Source of the DNA: Haliotis cracherodii
Lineage: Eukaryota
Direction: 5' to 3'
DNA length: 64,000 nucleotides
Assembly: GCF_022045235.1 (NCBI RefSeq)
Contig: NW_027266266.1
Coordinates: forward strand, 27,900,001-27,964,000
A model generated the notes under the pieces. It saw only the letters and a program-made list of their open reading frames with translations, was not told the DNA's origin and ran no database searches. The position numbers and the translations under genes were made by a program. Numbering within the stretch: position 1 is the first letter of the stretch; each line of letters opens with the position of its first letter. This document shows positions 53,371-64,000 of this stretch, piece by piece.

Positions 53371-54895
53371 GTCAGTTTCACGCTGACAGATCTGGGACCA
53401 TAACAGCGGGGAATCTGTGATCCCAATCCACAATCAACAGATCCTAGCACGATTAGGGTCACAACTCTGCACAGCAAGTCACAGCAGCTTACACATCTGG
53501 GCCACCCATGAAAATTAGTTTTTTGACACATCCGAGCCTTTTGTATACACTCAGTGTATTCAAAGTACAAAGCAAGCATGTGTTGGAATGAACAAAGTCT
53601 CTTTTTTATTCATATCCACATACATTTGAAAATTTTAATATAAAAATTTCAAAGGATTTTGTTAACTTCTTATATATTGTAGATCCTAAGGGAGAAAAAC
53701 AGGGTCCTTGTCATTCCATGTCCTTTCACAATTTATTCTAAATTTGTAAAATGTCCTCAATAATTGACTTCTTTCACACCAAAATGGCAAAAAGCAAGTA
53801 TCAATATTTGTAAACTATGCAGACATATTTCACAATTCATATTTTACAGTGGACATCAGAGATGATCCATCTCAGAACTACACACTAATGCAGCACACAC
53901 ACCAGATAAAGACACCTTCCTGTGTGGCTACGTACTACCAACAGTTCTAGTTACATACACTCTTGTTGCAGTATACCCAGTCTCTACCTTCAGGAAGAAC
54001 AACAAAGTGTGGAACCTACTGCTGGAGTGTGAGGCTACCTTTGTCTGACATAACACCCGGGGTCCGGAAAATTTAAAATCCCAAACAGACATTTGCATTT
54101 AGGCCACACACCCTTCAAATAGCGTATTTTAGTACAACTTTTCACACGCATTACAAGTTGTTACCTTCAGTGTTCCCTCGTTATTGCACGCTTATAGCGC
54201 GTGGTAAAGCATGGCTCCCCATATTTACCGACACTTTTTAATAAACTCAAGTTTTCCACTGACACAGCGTTTTCCCCCATCTCAGAAAACATTATCAGCT
54301 GATCACCGCGATAAAGGAACAACGGAAATACCAATCAATAAATATAAACTGAAGTAAGCAATTTAATCCTATTATAATAATATCTGGTAATAAAAAAATT
54401 GTTCATTGTTTATCTGGACTAATGTTTGCAATATATTTTATTAATAATATTCAAAATTTCATTCAATAATTATAATAATGTTTACAATAATTGCGGCAAA
54501 ATCGTATGTGAAGTGATCGGTGGATCACACAACTCACCATTATTTACACCAACCACGGTCAGATTACCGCTATTGATGCCTTGAAACAAACTTTAGTTGC
54601 AAGAGAATGGATACACACATCATAAATGCCGTACCATAACACGCTCAAAGTCAATTATGCCATTTTCAGTATGGTGTAGCAAACCAAAGCGGACACTTGG
54701 CTCAGTACTGATCTATACACTATATTTGTTTGGTGAGCCTGACACCCCTACACAACAGAGCCTGGTAGAGGAGCATGACCTGTCAACTAGAGACGACCAT
54801 ACTCTGCAGCCACTGGGACTCTCCCATGAACAATTGGCTCTATCACCACATATTCACCTTCCACAGAATATTATGAACCCAAAGTCAAGCCTTAC

Positions 54896-54949
54896 TTGGA
54901 AAGAACTGGATTTTTTCTTGGATCGTCTGTGCTAGCTTTGTTAAACCAT
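54896..54949 (-). CDS. Metallopeptidase small exon (WFNKASTDDPRKNPVLS)
   Basis: Acceptor ttttatttcag| and donor AA|gtaagg; 54 nt, phase 2/2. Not in the ORF track; found by reading the minus strand. Confidence 0.82.
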
Positions 54950-55814
54950 CTGAAATAAAAACATGATTAATAATGAGCATTGATTCTGAATGTACGTCTG
55001 TATGTACATAATGGAAGCATAGAAGTTTTCCCGTAGAAGAAGCTCAGTGTTTGTCTACAGCAGCTAGGAGTCATCACAATTTGTGTACCCCCCACAGACA
55101 CATTCTCACAGCCATATGTCCCTTAAGTGCCATTACATTGAACACACACCAAATTTACGCAAAATCAAATCTCTCTTGGATATTGAAAAGTCAAGTGCTG
55201 TCATTACATGAAATCAATTAATCTGATTAGGGTGATTGTGAGGGTTCTGCTATTGGTAAAGCCCTGCTTGGTTGATATTTAAGAGAAGCTGAAGAGACTA
55301 CATTGAGGAGATAGTGAATAACTGGCATGGATAATTTGTGTGTGGGTTGAAGTAAGAGCCAGCCGGAGGGAGGCCTTCAGCTGGATGTACTGCCACCATC
55401 ATCTACATGTTGTCTAACTCCTACACTAGCTGACGTGAAGCAAATCAGGAATGGATCATCAAAGGCAATAATGATATATTATACAGTTCTGCAGCTCACT
55501 TATCAAGGAAGAGCTTATTGAAGCCTGAAGTGCAAGTGCAAATAATAACTCATTAGTCAATACAACTGTACAAAGTGCGAGGCTTTCAGGTCTTTCTCTG
55601 CATCTTTTACTTCACTCAGTCCCCCAAATCCATTTTCTGCACTATTAGTAGACACTTACTGAAGCTTTACTCATAGCTCTAACTACAGTTTGCTGACAGT
55701 GCAGGGGTATATTCCACATGAGCAAGTACTGATGTTGTCAAGTGTACATTAGGATACATTGGATCCTCCTCCTCCATTATCCACTGTATTACATGTTTTA
55801 TTATGACATAAGAT

Positions 55815-56408
55815 AGCTGAGCGATAAATCGCAAAGAACAATGAAGAGCGAAGCCTGGTTTATTTCACCATAAAACATTGTTCTATCATGACGTGATTCC
55901 TGGAGATTTGAACATGCACTTAATGATGTCGTAAATGGACATACGTTTTGATAGGGAAGTGTCTAGAGAGTTGTTCCCCAAGTGAACAATGGCCAAACGA
56001 TCGCATTCAAAGTGAGAGATATATGAAAATCGGTATTGGAAGAAACGATATACATAAACAACATGAAAATTGTAAGAATATCCAGGAAACACCAAACGTA
56101 GCCCCCCTGTTCATAAAATGGACTTGTCCCACATTGCAGAGGTCGGATTGCATTCAGGGAGGTATCATTATTTAAATACGGGAAAATGGTTTTAAAGCAT
56201 GTACATTTTATTGTACAAAATGTTGATATCTTATATAAGAAATAAATGACCCGTGATTGTTGTTTATTATACAATTAACTACTGCAGAGAGAATAAACGA
56301 TGGGGGGCTACCCTCATGGCTTATTCCCTGTGCAGTGTTTTATTGTGCAGCGTTTTATTGTACGATAAACAACAACCCAATGACCACCATTTGTTTATTT
56401 CTTAAATA
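55815..56408 (+). mobile_element. Family F copy
   Basis: Colinear with 4860-5335. Confidence 0.75.
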
Positions 56409-57324
56409 CTCCCTGAACCTATTGGCTGTCATAGCTTCCTTTGAGCCAGACTCAAGTGTAATCATGAAATGTTCATGAATGGGAGAAATTTGGTGCAAAG
56501 TTAAAAATAGGTATGTGGTAGGAAGCGGCTGGCAAATGGGTCCAGCGTTTACATCATAATAGAAATAAGATCTAATATACTGAAAATTTGGGGTAGTTTG
56601 ATCACATCCAAATCCTCTCTCATGCATTGCTGTCGTGTCCTGTCCTAGCTACCTGCTGGGGGGTGTGAGACAGGAGAACAATCATCAGAGGTAATCTAAC
56701 ATTGCTGAACTCAAACCCTTTGGTTCTGGTGTATTGCACACATACCAAGCACATGCACAGATAATGTAATTTGACATTCTTCAAAGTCCACAACACTTTA
56801 CAGCCAATGAAACAAGAAAGGTGCAAGTCAAACAATGGCCTCCCAGACTTTGTGTCACTTGTATCGTGAACAGGTAGCTTGCTGTCGCTGTACTTTTAAT
56901 TCTCTTGCAAAAAACGGACACACGTTAGGGAAAATTATATGTTAAATAATTGATTCATTACAATCCCTGGGAGTAAATCAACGTGCTAAGTAGAAGCAGT
57001 TTTTTGTAGTGTAAAGCCAAGGCCTGTCACCAGCTTATCACTTGTCAGTGTTGAACACAGAAGGTGGGACCAGGCGGTGTTTAGTGCCAGTGCCAGGGAT
57101 CATCAGGCATTCATCCGACAGATAAGGAACACGAAGATAGAACACAGGTGAATGCTGTAAACCCACAGGTGAGTGCCTTGATTAAGTTTTATGCCCTAGC
57201 CAGTGATACATCAGCTGTATGGCTTCATTATATATAAGGCTACTCCAAACAATACCATGCCAAATAGCAGAAACTGGCCTCCCTCTAACCAGAGAGTTAT
57301 ACAATCATCCAGGTGACAACCATT

Positions 57325-57610
57325 ATTTAAGAAAATAACGACCTGTGGTCATTGTTTTTCGTACAATAAAACACTGCAGGGAGAAGAAACCATGACGGGT
57401 GCATTGGCGATGTCAACATTGTGTACAGCCGCTTTAAGCATGATGATAAAATGTACAAGGTTTAAAAATATATACCCGTATTTACAGAATGATGACTCCC
57501 TCAATAGAATCTGACCTCAGCAATGTCGGACAAATCCATCTTATGCACAGGTGGGTATTTCTCGCATATTTTCACAATCCTTACGTCGATTATCTGTACC
57601 TTTTCTCCCA
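57325..57610 (-). mobile_element. Family F copy, inverted and deleted
   Basis: tttaagaaaataacgacctgtg..aataaaacactgcagggaga..gatgactccc..caatgtcggacaa. Confidence 0.7.
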
Positions 57611-57777
57611 ATACCGATTGTAATAACTCTCCCAATTTTGGATGAGATCATTTGGCCACTTTGTTCTGAGTAGCCCAGCTACATCTATGGGCAACAACTT
57701 ACCAGACACCTCCCTCTCAAAAATAACGCAGTCCAATATATGACATCATCAAGTTGCGAGGGCATGTTCGAATCTCG

Positions 57778-58757
57778 AAACCTGAGTACAACAGTGGATG
57801 ATGGATATGTGGGTACCTGTGAAACCTGAGTACAACAATGGATGATGGATATGTGGGTACCTGTGAAACCTGAGTACAACAATGTATGATGGATATGTGG
57901 GTACCTGTGAAACCTGAGTACAACAATGGATGATGGATATGTGGGTACCTGTGAAACCTGAGTACAACAGTGGATGATGGATATGTGGGTACCTGTGAAA
58001 CCTGAGTACAACAATGAATGATTGATATGTAGGTACCTGTGAAACCTGAGTACAACAATGAATGATTGATATGTAGGTACCTGTGAAACCTGAGTACCAT
58101 GAATGATTGATATGTAGGTACCTGTGAAACCTGAGTACAACAGTGGATGATGGATATGTGGGTACCTGTGAAACCTGAGTACAACAGTGAATGATGGATA
58201 TGTGGGTACCTGTGAAACCTGAGTACAACAGTGAATGATGGATATGTGGGTACCTGTGAAACCTGAGTACAATAGTGGATGATGGATATGTGGGTACCTG
58301 TGAAACCTGAGTACAACAGTGAATGATGGGTATGTGGGTACCTGTGAAACCTGAGTACAACAATGGATGATGGATATGTGGGTACCTGTGAAACCTGAGT
58401 ACAACAGTGAATTATGGGTATGTGGGTACCTGTGAAACCTGAGTACAACAGTGAATGATGGGTATGTGGGTACCTGTGAAACCTGAGTACAATAGTGGAT
58501 GATGGATATGTGGGTACCTGTGAAACCTGAGTACAACAATGGATGATCGATACGTGGGTACCTGTGAAACCTGAGTACAATAGTGGATGATGGGTATGTG
58601 GGTACCTGTGAAACCTGAGTACAACAGTGGATGATGGATATGTGGGTACCTGTGAAACCTGAGTACAACAATGAATGATTGATATGTAGGTACCTGTGAA
58701 ACCTGAGTACAACAGTGGATGATGGATATGTGGGTACCTGTGAAACCTGAGTACAAC
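57778..58757. repeat. 44-bp minisatellite, about 22 units, overlapping the exon end and splice donor
   Basis: Unit gaaacctgagtacaacagtggatgatggatatgtgggtacctgt; one unit is 41 bp (58085-58125). Confidence 0.97.
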
Positions 58758-58966
58758 TGCAGAAGATCTGTACCAGTGAGCGCCATCATCAGCAAACTGA
58801 ACATCAGGTAGTCGTAGGTCGGGCTCCTCGGGGGAGTTGGGGAGCGTAGAGGGTGTGGAAGATGTGGGGGACAGGCTGGCTGATGATCCTGCACTGGAAC
58901 ATGAACTCGGGCGACGTTCTGAAGACGAGTAGCAGCATTTTATTCCAAATCCTAATGACATTTTAT
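58738..58966 (-). CDS. Metallopeptidase exon (DKMSLGFG...DDGAHWYRSSAVVLRFHR)
   Basis: Acceptor tttgttgcag| (phase 1); first available donor CACAG|gtaccc (phase 2). Joins the next exon to give VLRFHR-WFNK. Confidence 0.85.
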
Positions 58967-59169
58967 CTGCAACAAATATACACCCTACTTTACCCCTCCT
59001 ACCCCTACAACACTGCTACATAGCACTGTGGTAGAGACCTTTATCTGTCAACATGGAACTGTGAGTGAATGGACAGTTGAACTGATAGTCCTCATTATAG
59101 AGAGCGTCAGATCAACAAGGGGCCCAGATCACTGACCAGGCAAAACAACTAAGTGATATTGGTCCCTCA

Positions 59170-60080
59170 TAAGCATACAGTCAATCAATCCCCATGTACT
59201 CATGACCATATAGTCAATCATTCCCCATTTACTCATGAGCATAAAGTCAATCATTTCCCATATACTCATGAGCATATAGACAATCATTCCCCATTTACTC
59301 ATGAGCATAAAGTCAATCATTTCCCATGTACTCATGAGCATAAAGTCAATCATTCCCCATGTACTCACGAGCATAAAGTCAACATTTCCCATGTACTCAT
59401 GAGTATATAGACAATCATTCCCCATGTACTCACGAGCATATATTCAATCATTCCCCATGTACTCATGAGCATATAGACAATCATTTCCCATGTACTCATG
59501 AGCATAAAGTCAATCATTTCCCATGTACTCATGAGCATAAAGTCAATCATTTCCCATGTACTCATGAGCATAAAATCAATCATTCCCCATGTACTCATGA
59601 GCATAAAATCAACCATTCCCCATGTACTCATGAGCATAAAGTCAATCATTCCCCATTTACTCATGAGCATAAAGTCAATCATTTCCCATGTACTCATGAG
59701 CATAAAGTCAATCATTTCCCATGTACTCATGAGCATAAAGTCAATCATTTCCCATGTACTCATGAGCATAAAGTCAATCATTTCCCATGTACTCATGAGC
59801 ATAAAATCAATCATTCCCCATTTACTCATGAGCATAAAATCAACCATTCCCCATGTACTCATGAGCATAAAGTCAATCATTCCCCATTTACTCATGAGCA
59901 TAAAGTCAATCATTCCCCATTTACTCATGAGCATAAAGTCAATCATTTCCCATGTACTCATGAGCATAAAGTCAATCATTCCCCATGTACTCATGAGCAT
60001 ATAGACAATCATTCCCCATGTACTCATGAGCATATAGACAATCATTCCCCATGTGGTCATGAGCATATAGTCAATCAATC
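59170..60080. repeat. 33-bp intronic minisatellite, about 27 units
   Basis: Unit tcccatgtactcatgagcataaagtcaatcatt, with a CTCATGAG palindrome. Confidence 0.97.
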
Positions 60081-60249
60081 TCAACCTCTGATACATGTAT
60101 ACATGTTGACTTTTCTTGATGAAGTCAAATCAAGAGGCATACTCAACACATAAACATCAGTTATCAATGAGTTTGTTCACTTTTAACTCCTATCTGATCC
60201 ATGACACTATGTACTGAGTATATGTCACAGTTCCTCAGTGTGGACAAAC

Positions 60250-60484
60250 CTCTGCGAGTGGCCCTTCCACTGAAGAGTTTTCCATCCGTGGCCACATTCA
60301 GCTCCGTCACTGTCTCTCCAGCTGGGTCCTGAGCTATTGTTTTGTGTGTCTCAGAGCCATCATAGTTCTTCACAGAGAAAGTCAGCATTGACGGGGACTT
60401 GACAGGTTTGAACCCTGTCTCCACCTTGACAACCAGTGGGGGTGGGGCGATGTATATACTATTGCTGCTGCTGGACCGAGAAAT
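60250..60484 (-). CDS. Metallopeptidase exon (ISRSSSSNSIYIAPP...GRATRR)
   Basis: Acceptor ttgttttgtttcag| and donor AGAG|gtttgt; 235 nt, phase 0 in and 1 out, consistent with both neighbours. Confidence 0.8.
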
Positions 60485-60674
60485 CTGAAACAAAACAAGC
60501 AGGTTAGTGGTAGATCTAACGTCATCAGGACCAGTACATCAGTAGCAACATGGCAGCTGTGGGAGGATAGGATTACTTTGGTGTAACCCACAGGTATAGT
60601 TCCAAAAGGGGAAGAATAAAAAATCAGGGTGAATGAGGGATTCTTGACCAGGCGGGCATGTTTGGAAGTGGAGA

Positions 60675-61752
60675 AACCAAACACATATGACCTGCTGGGT
60701 CTGTTCATTGAAGGACAAACCAAACACACGACCTGTTGGTCCTGTTTAGTGAAGGACAAACCAAACACACGACATGTTGGTCCTGTTTAGTGAAGGACAA
60801 ACCAAACATATGACCTGTTGGTCCTGTTTAGTGAAGGACAAACCAAACACACGACCTGTTGGTCCTGTTTAGTGAAGGACAAACCAAACACACGAAGTGT
60901 TGGTCCTGTTTAGTGAAGGACAAACCAAACCCATGACATGTTGGTCCTGTTTAGTGAAGGACAAACCAAACACATGGCCTGTTGGTCCTGTTTAGTGAAG
61001 GACAAACCAAACACACGACATGTTGGTCCTGTTTGGTAAAGGACAAACCAAACACATGACCTGTTGGTCCTATTTAGTGAAGGACAAACCAAACACACGA
61101 CATGTTGGTCCTGTTTGGTAAAGGACAAACCAAACACATGGCCTGTTGGTCCTGTTTAGTGAAGGACAAACCAAACACACGACCTGTTGGTCCTGTTTAG
61201 TGAAGGACAAACCAAACACATGACCTGCTGGGTCTGTTCAGTGAAGGACAAACCAAACACACAACCTGTTGGTCCTGTTTAGTGAAGGACAAACCAAACA
61301 CACAACATGTTGGTCCTGTTTAGTGAAGGACAAACCAAACACACGACCTGTTGGTCCTGTTTAGTGAAGGACAAACCAAACACACGAAGTGTTGGTCCTG
61401 TTTAGTGAAGGACAAACCAAACACACGACATGTTGGTCCTATTTAGTGAAGGACAAACCAAACACACGACCTGTTGGTCCTATTTAATGAAGGACAAACC
61501 AAACACACGACCTGTTGGTCCTGTTTAGTGAAGGACAAACCAAACACATGGCCTGTTGGTCCTGTTTAGTGACGGACAAACCAAATCCACGACCTGTTGG
61601 TCCTGTTTAGTGAAGGACAAACCAAACACAAGACATGTTGGTCCTATTTAGTGAAGGACAAACCAAACACACGACCTGTTGGTCCTATTTAGTGAAGGAC
61701 AAACCAAATCCACGACCTGTTGGTCCTGTTTAGTGAAGGAAAAACAAAACAC
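60675..61752. repeat. 41-bp intronic minisatellite, about 26 units
   Basis: Unit gacctgttggtcctgtttagtgaaggacaaaccaaacacac. Confidence 0.97.
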
Positions 61753-62576
61753 AGCAAGTTGGCATAATAGTCATGATTTTGAACCTAACATATCATTATT
61801 ACACTTGTTCTCCCCCAAATTGAGTTTATTATACTTTTTGACGAATTATTTTACTGCATAAAATATCACGGAATATTCACATGAAGCCTTCTACAGCTAG
61901 ACTTTAATGACCAATGACAGCCAGTTTCAATTCACATGGTGTTAAAATATCCATTACTCAGCGATACAAGGTCTCTTAATGGTTGTTATGTCATTTCAGA
62001 GGTCATAATCAATCTTTGCAGGTGCAGATAGGGAATTAATAACATGTGTACTGACATTACTTAATTACTCAAAACACTACAGTGTCACATAAAATTTTTA
62101 TGAATGTGTGGAGCTTTTACCATGTTTCACTTACTACTAGACATTACAAATGTTGAAGTGAAAATCCACTTCTCTTTTTCACATGACATTACACTTTTTT
62201 TACCCACTCCAGAAATTTCAAGAAGGGTTGGCAACTCTGCTGTCACTCGGCCACCATCTACTTATCTGCTAGTAACATTGCCCCTGGGAGACATCTACCA
62301 GTCCATCCATCACATGTAGCATCACAAACCACAAATTATAGACTGAAAGTCACAATGTCAAAAAAGGTGAATTAATTTCCATGTTCAGACATGTTGTATA
62401 TTTCTGATATGAATAAAAGCAGCCCTACACTCTTTAGACTATGATGTCTCTGCATTGTAGCCACACTGCCTAAATCAGTCACCCTCTATTATTTAAAAAG
62501 ATTTTGATCTTAAAAATATATCTTAGAAATTGAACTATTAAGTCTACCCCACTTTAAGGGCCATTGTTAAACCTAC

Positions 62577-62895
62577 CCGCTTGTAAGGACTGCCATAGCA
62601 GACATCTTTATATCTTCGTTGATTTGCATCGAGCGACATGGAGAGTGGGGAGCCCTCTATACTGCTGCTGGAGGGGGTCCGTGATATGCTGCTGCTGTTG
62701 CTGTTGTAGCGTTGTCGTCCGGAGCTGCAGCTGCTGCGCCCATTGCTCCGCAGACGCTGGATGGTAAAGACTTTATGGAGGTCATCAAAACCTCGAGCCA
62801 TGATCCCTGAAGGTGTGTGTGCAAGGTCAAAGGTGTGTCCAAGTTCATGGAGAGACGCCCCCAGCCCTGTGGCGTAGTTGGCCCAGTAGTACTCC
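62577..62895 (-). CDS. Zinc metallopeptidase (Metallopep/YIL108W-like) exon with catalytic HExxH motif
   Basis: Encodes EYYWANYATGLGASLHELGHTFDLAHTPSGIMARGFDD. Acceptor ctgtgacag| (phase 2), donor CGG|gtaggt (phase 0). The GA.LHE.GH.F...H...GIM.R pattern is typical of this family. Upstream exons lie outside the window. Confidence 0.88.
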
Positions 62896-64000
62896 CTGTC
62901 ACAGAGAAGCATGCTGCTCATCACAAGTCATCCAGGTCAACATGATCACTTTAAACTCAAAACAGCTGCAATTCAAAGAGTTTCTACTTAACTGTTACTA
63001 AAGAAGTTCAGAAACAATGGATACTTATTTTCACGGCATGTAAACTCAGTCTGTCAACGAGAAAAAAATAACGTGTCAAGTTGCAGGCGAAATATAAAAA
63101 AAAAAACATGATGCTTTTCATTTTTTCATAGAGACAGTTGAATCGATGAACCATTCTTAAGAAAGGTCTCACCTTATCTATTGAGGAAACAACTAACAAG
63201 CCGCGAGGATTTATCAAATATCTATTCAGTGTGAAGTTATGGTCCAAAAATGATCAAATAACAACAAAGATACTAGTCCTTGTAATTCAGAATCCCATGA
63301 TACATACAAAATGAAGAACAAGTTTGATCCATCATCCTCGTGTCATTTCACCAAAGCATGATACTCAGCAGTTGTGATATGGAAAGTTTGCCCCTTCCAT
63401 TTCAATGAGACGGATAATTCCACTACACATAAATAATGATTTCAAAAAGTGCTCTGCACCAGGAACCTATTTTAACCCTGCCTTTACAATTTTAATCATG
63501 CCATGGCACTAAAGAACAAGGAATTTTGAACCCAGCATTGTTAGGTCTCCTGGTGGGAAACATCAGTGGTGCTTCAGCTAGCAAGATGAGTGTTGAGGAC
63601 ATCCTCCCCTTGGGACACCAAGCCTTAAGGCTGGATTGACTTAAATTATGTGGAGAGCTGTGACCACCAAGGCAGTGTCTTTTTCCCAACACATGAAATG
63701 AAACTAGCATGGTATTGTTGACATTTTGTACATTTGGTCAGATTTCCTTTCATCCTAATTGTCCTGACTACGTCCTGGAATCTGGATATTACCCTCTTCT
63801 GTCACTATGCTCCCCATACCGTCAAAACACACACATCATCTCTCCTCCAGGGGTAAACACAGTGCCAATCACAAAGATGACAGTTTTCCACTGATATCCA
63901 CAGTCCAATATCTCCAGTCTTTCTACTACTGCACATCCCAAACCACAACTATTGTCTTTACAACTCTTTGTTTGTACTCTAGTTGATGCAGTTTCCTTTA

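Noticed and set aside
57685-58671. Stand-alone 328-aa, 204-aa and 160-aa genes in the 44-bp array
   Set aside because: They are alternate frames of a stop-poor tandem repeat; only the frame continuous with exon 58738-58966 is relevant.
57778-61752. Regular, partly palindromic repeats resembling CRISPR arrays
   Set aside because: They are head-to-tail units with no unique spacers, in eukaryotic introns, with no cas genes.
63492-63894. Further upstream metallopeptidase exons in the short ORFs at the window end
   Set aside because: The translations show no family-like motifs or convincing splice pairs; the region is treated as intron.

Overview
This is AT-rich animal genomic DNA with spliceosomal introns. 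The SINE families look molluscan, probably a gastropod such as abalone (inference). It holds two convergent protein-coding genes. (1) On the + strand is a cytospin-A/SPECC1L-like gene: one 2.9-kb coiled-coil exon (27695-30597), four small exons encoding the C-terminal calponin-homology domain (stop at 35435), a probable 3.6-kb 3' UTR, and candidate upstream first exons. (2) On the - strand are the last five coding exons of a HExxH zinc metallopeptidase of the yeast YIL108W / S. pombe C607.06c (Metallopep) type (62895 down to the stop at 52616); its 5' exons lie beyond the window. All exon phases were checked by hand and join in frame. The rest is tRNA-derived SINEs sharing one 3' tail, MITEs (Tc2-like, hAT-like), a decayed hAT element with a 5-bp TSD, hairpin-bearing dispersed repeats, and five large minisatellites (38, 41/52, 44, 33 and 41 bp units). 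The most striking observation is the 44-bp array. It amplifies the end of a coding exon together with its 5' splice site 22 times, is stop-free in the gene's frame, and places every third donor, including the last, in frame with the next exon. Most short ORFs in the supplied track are noise.
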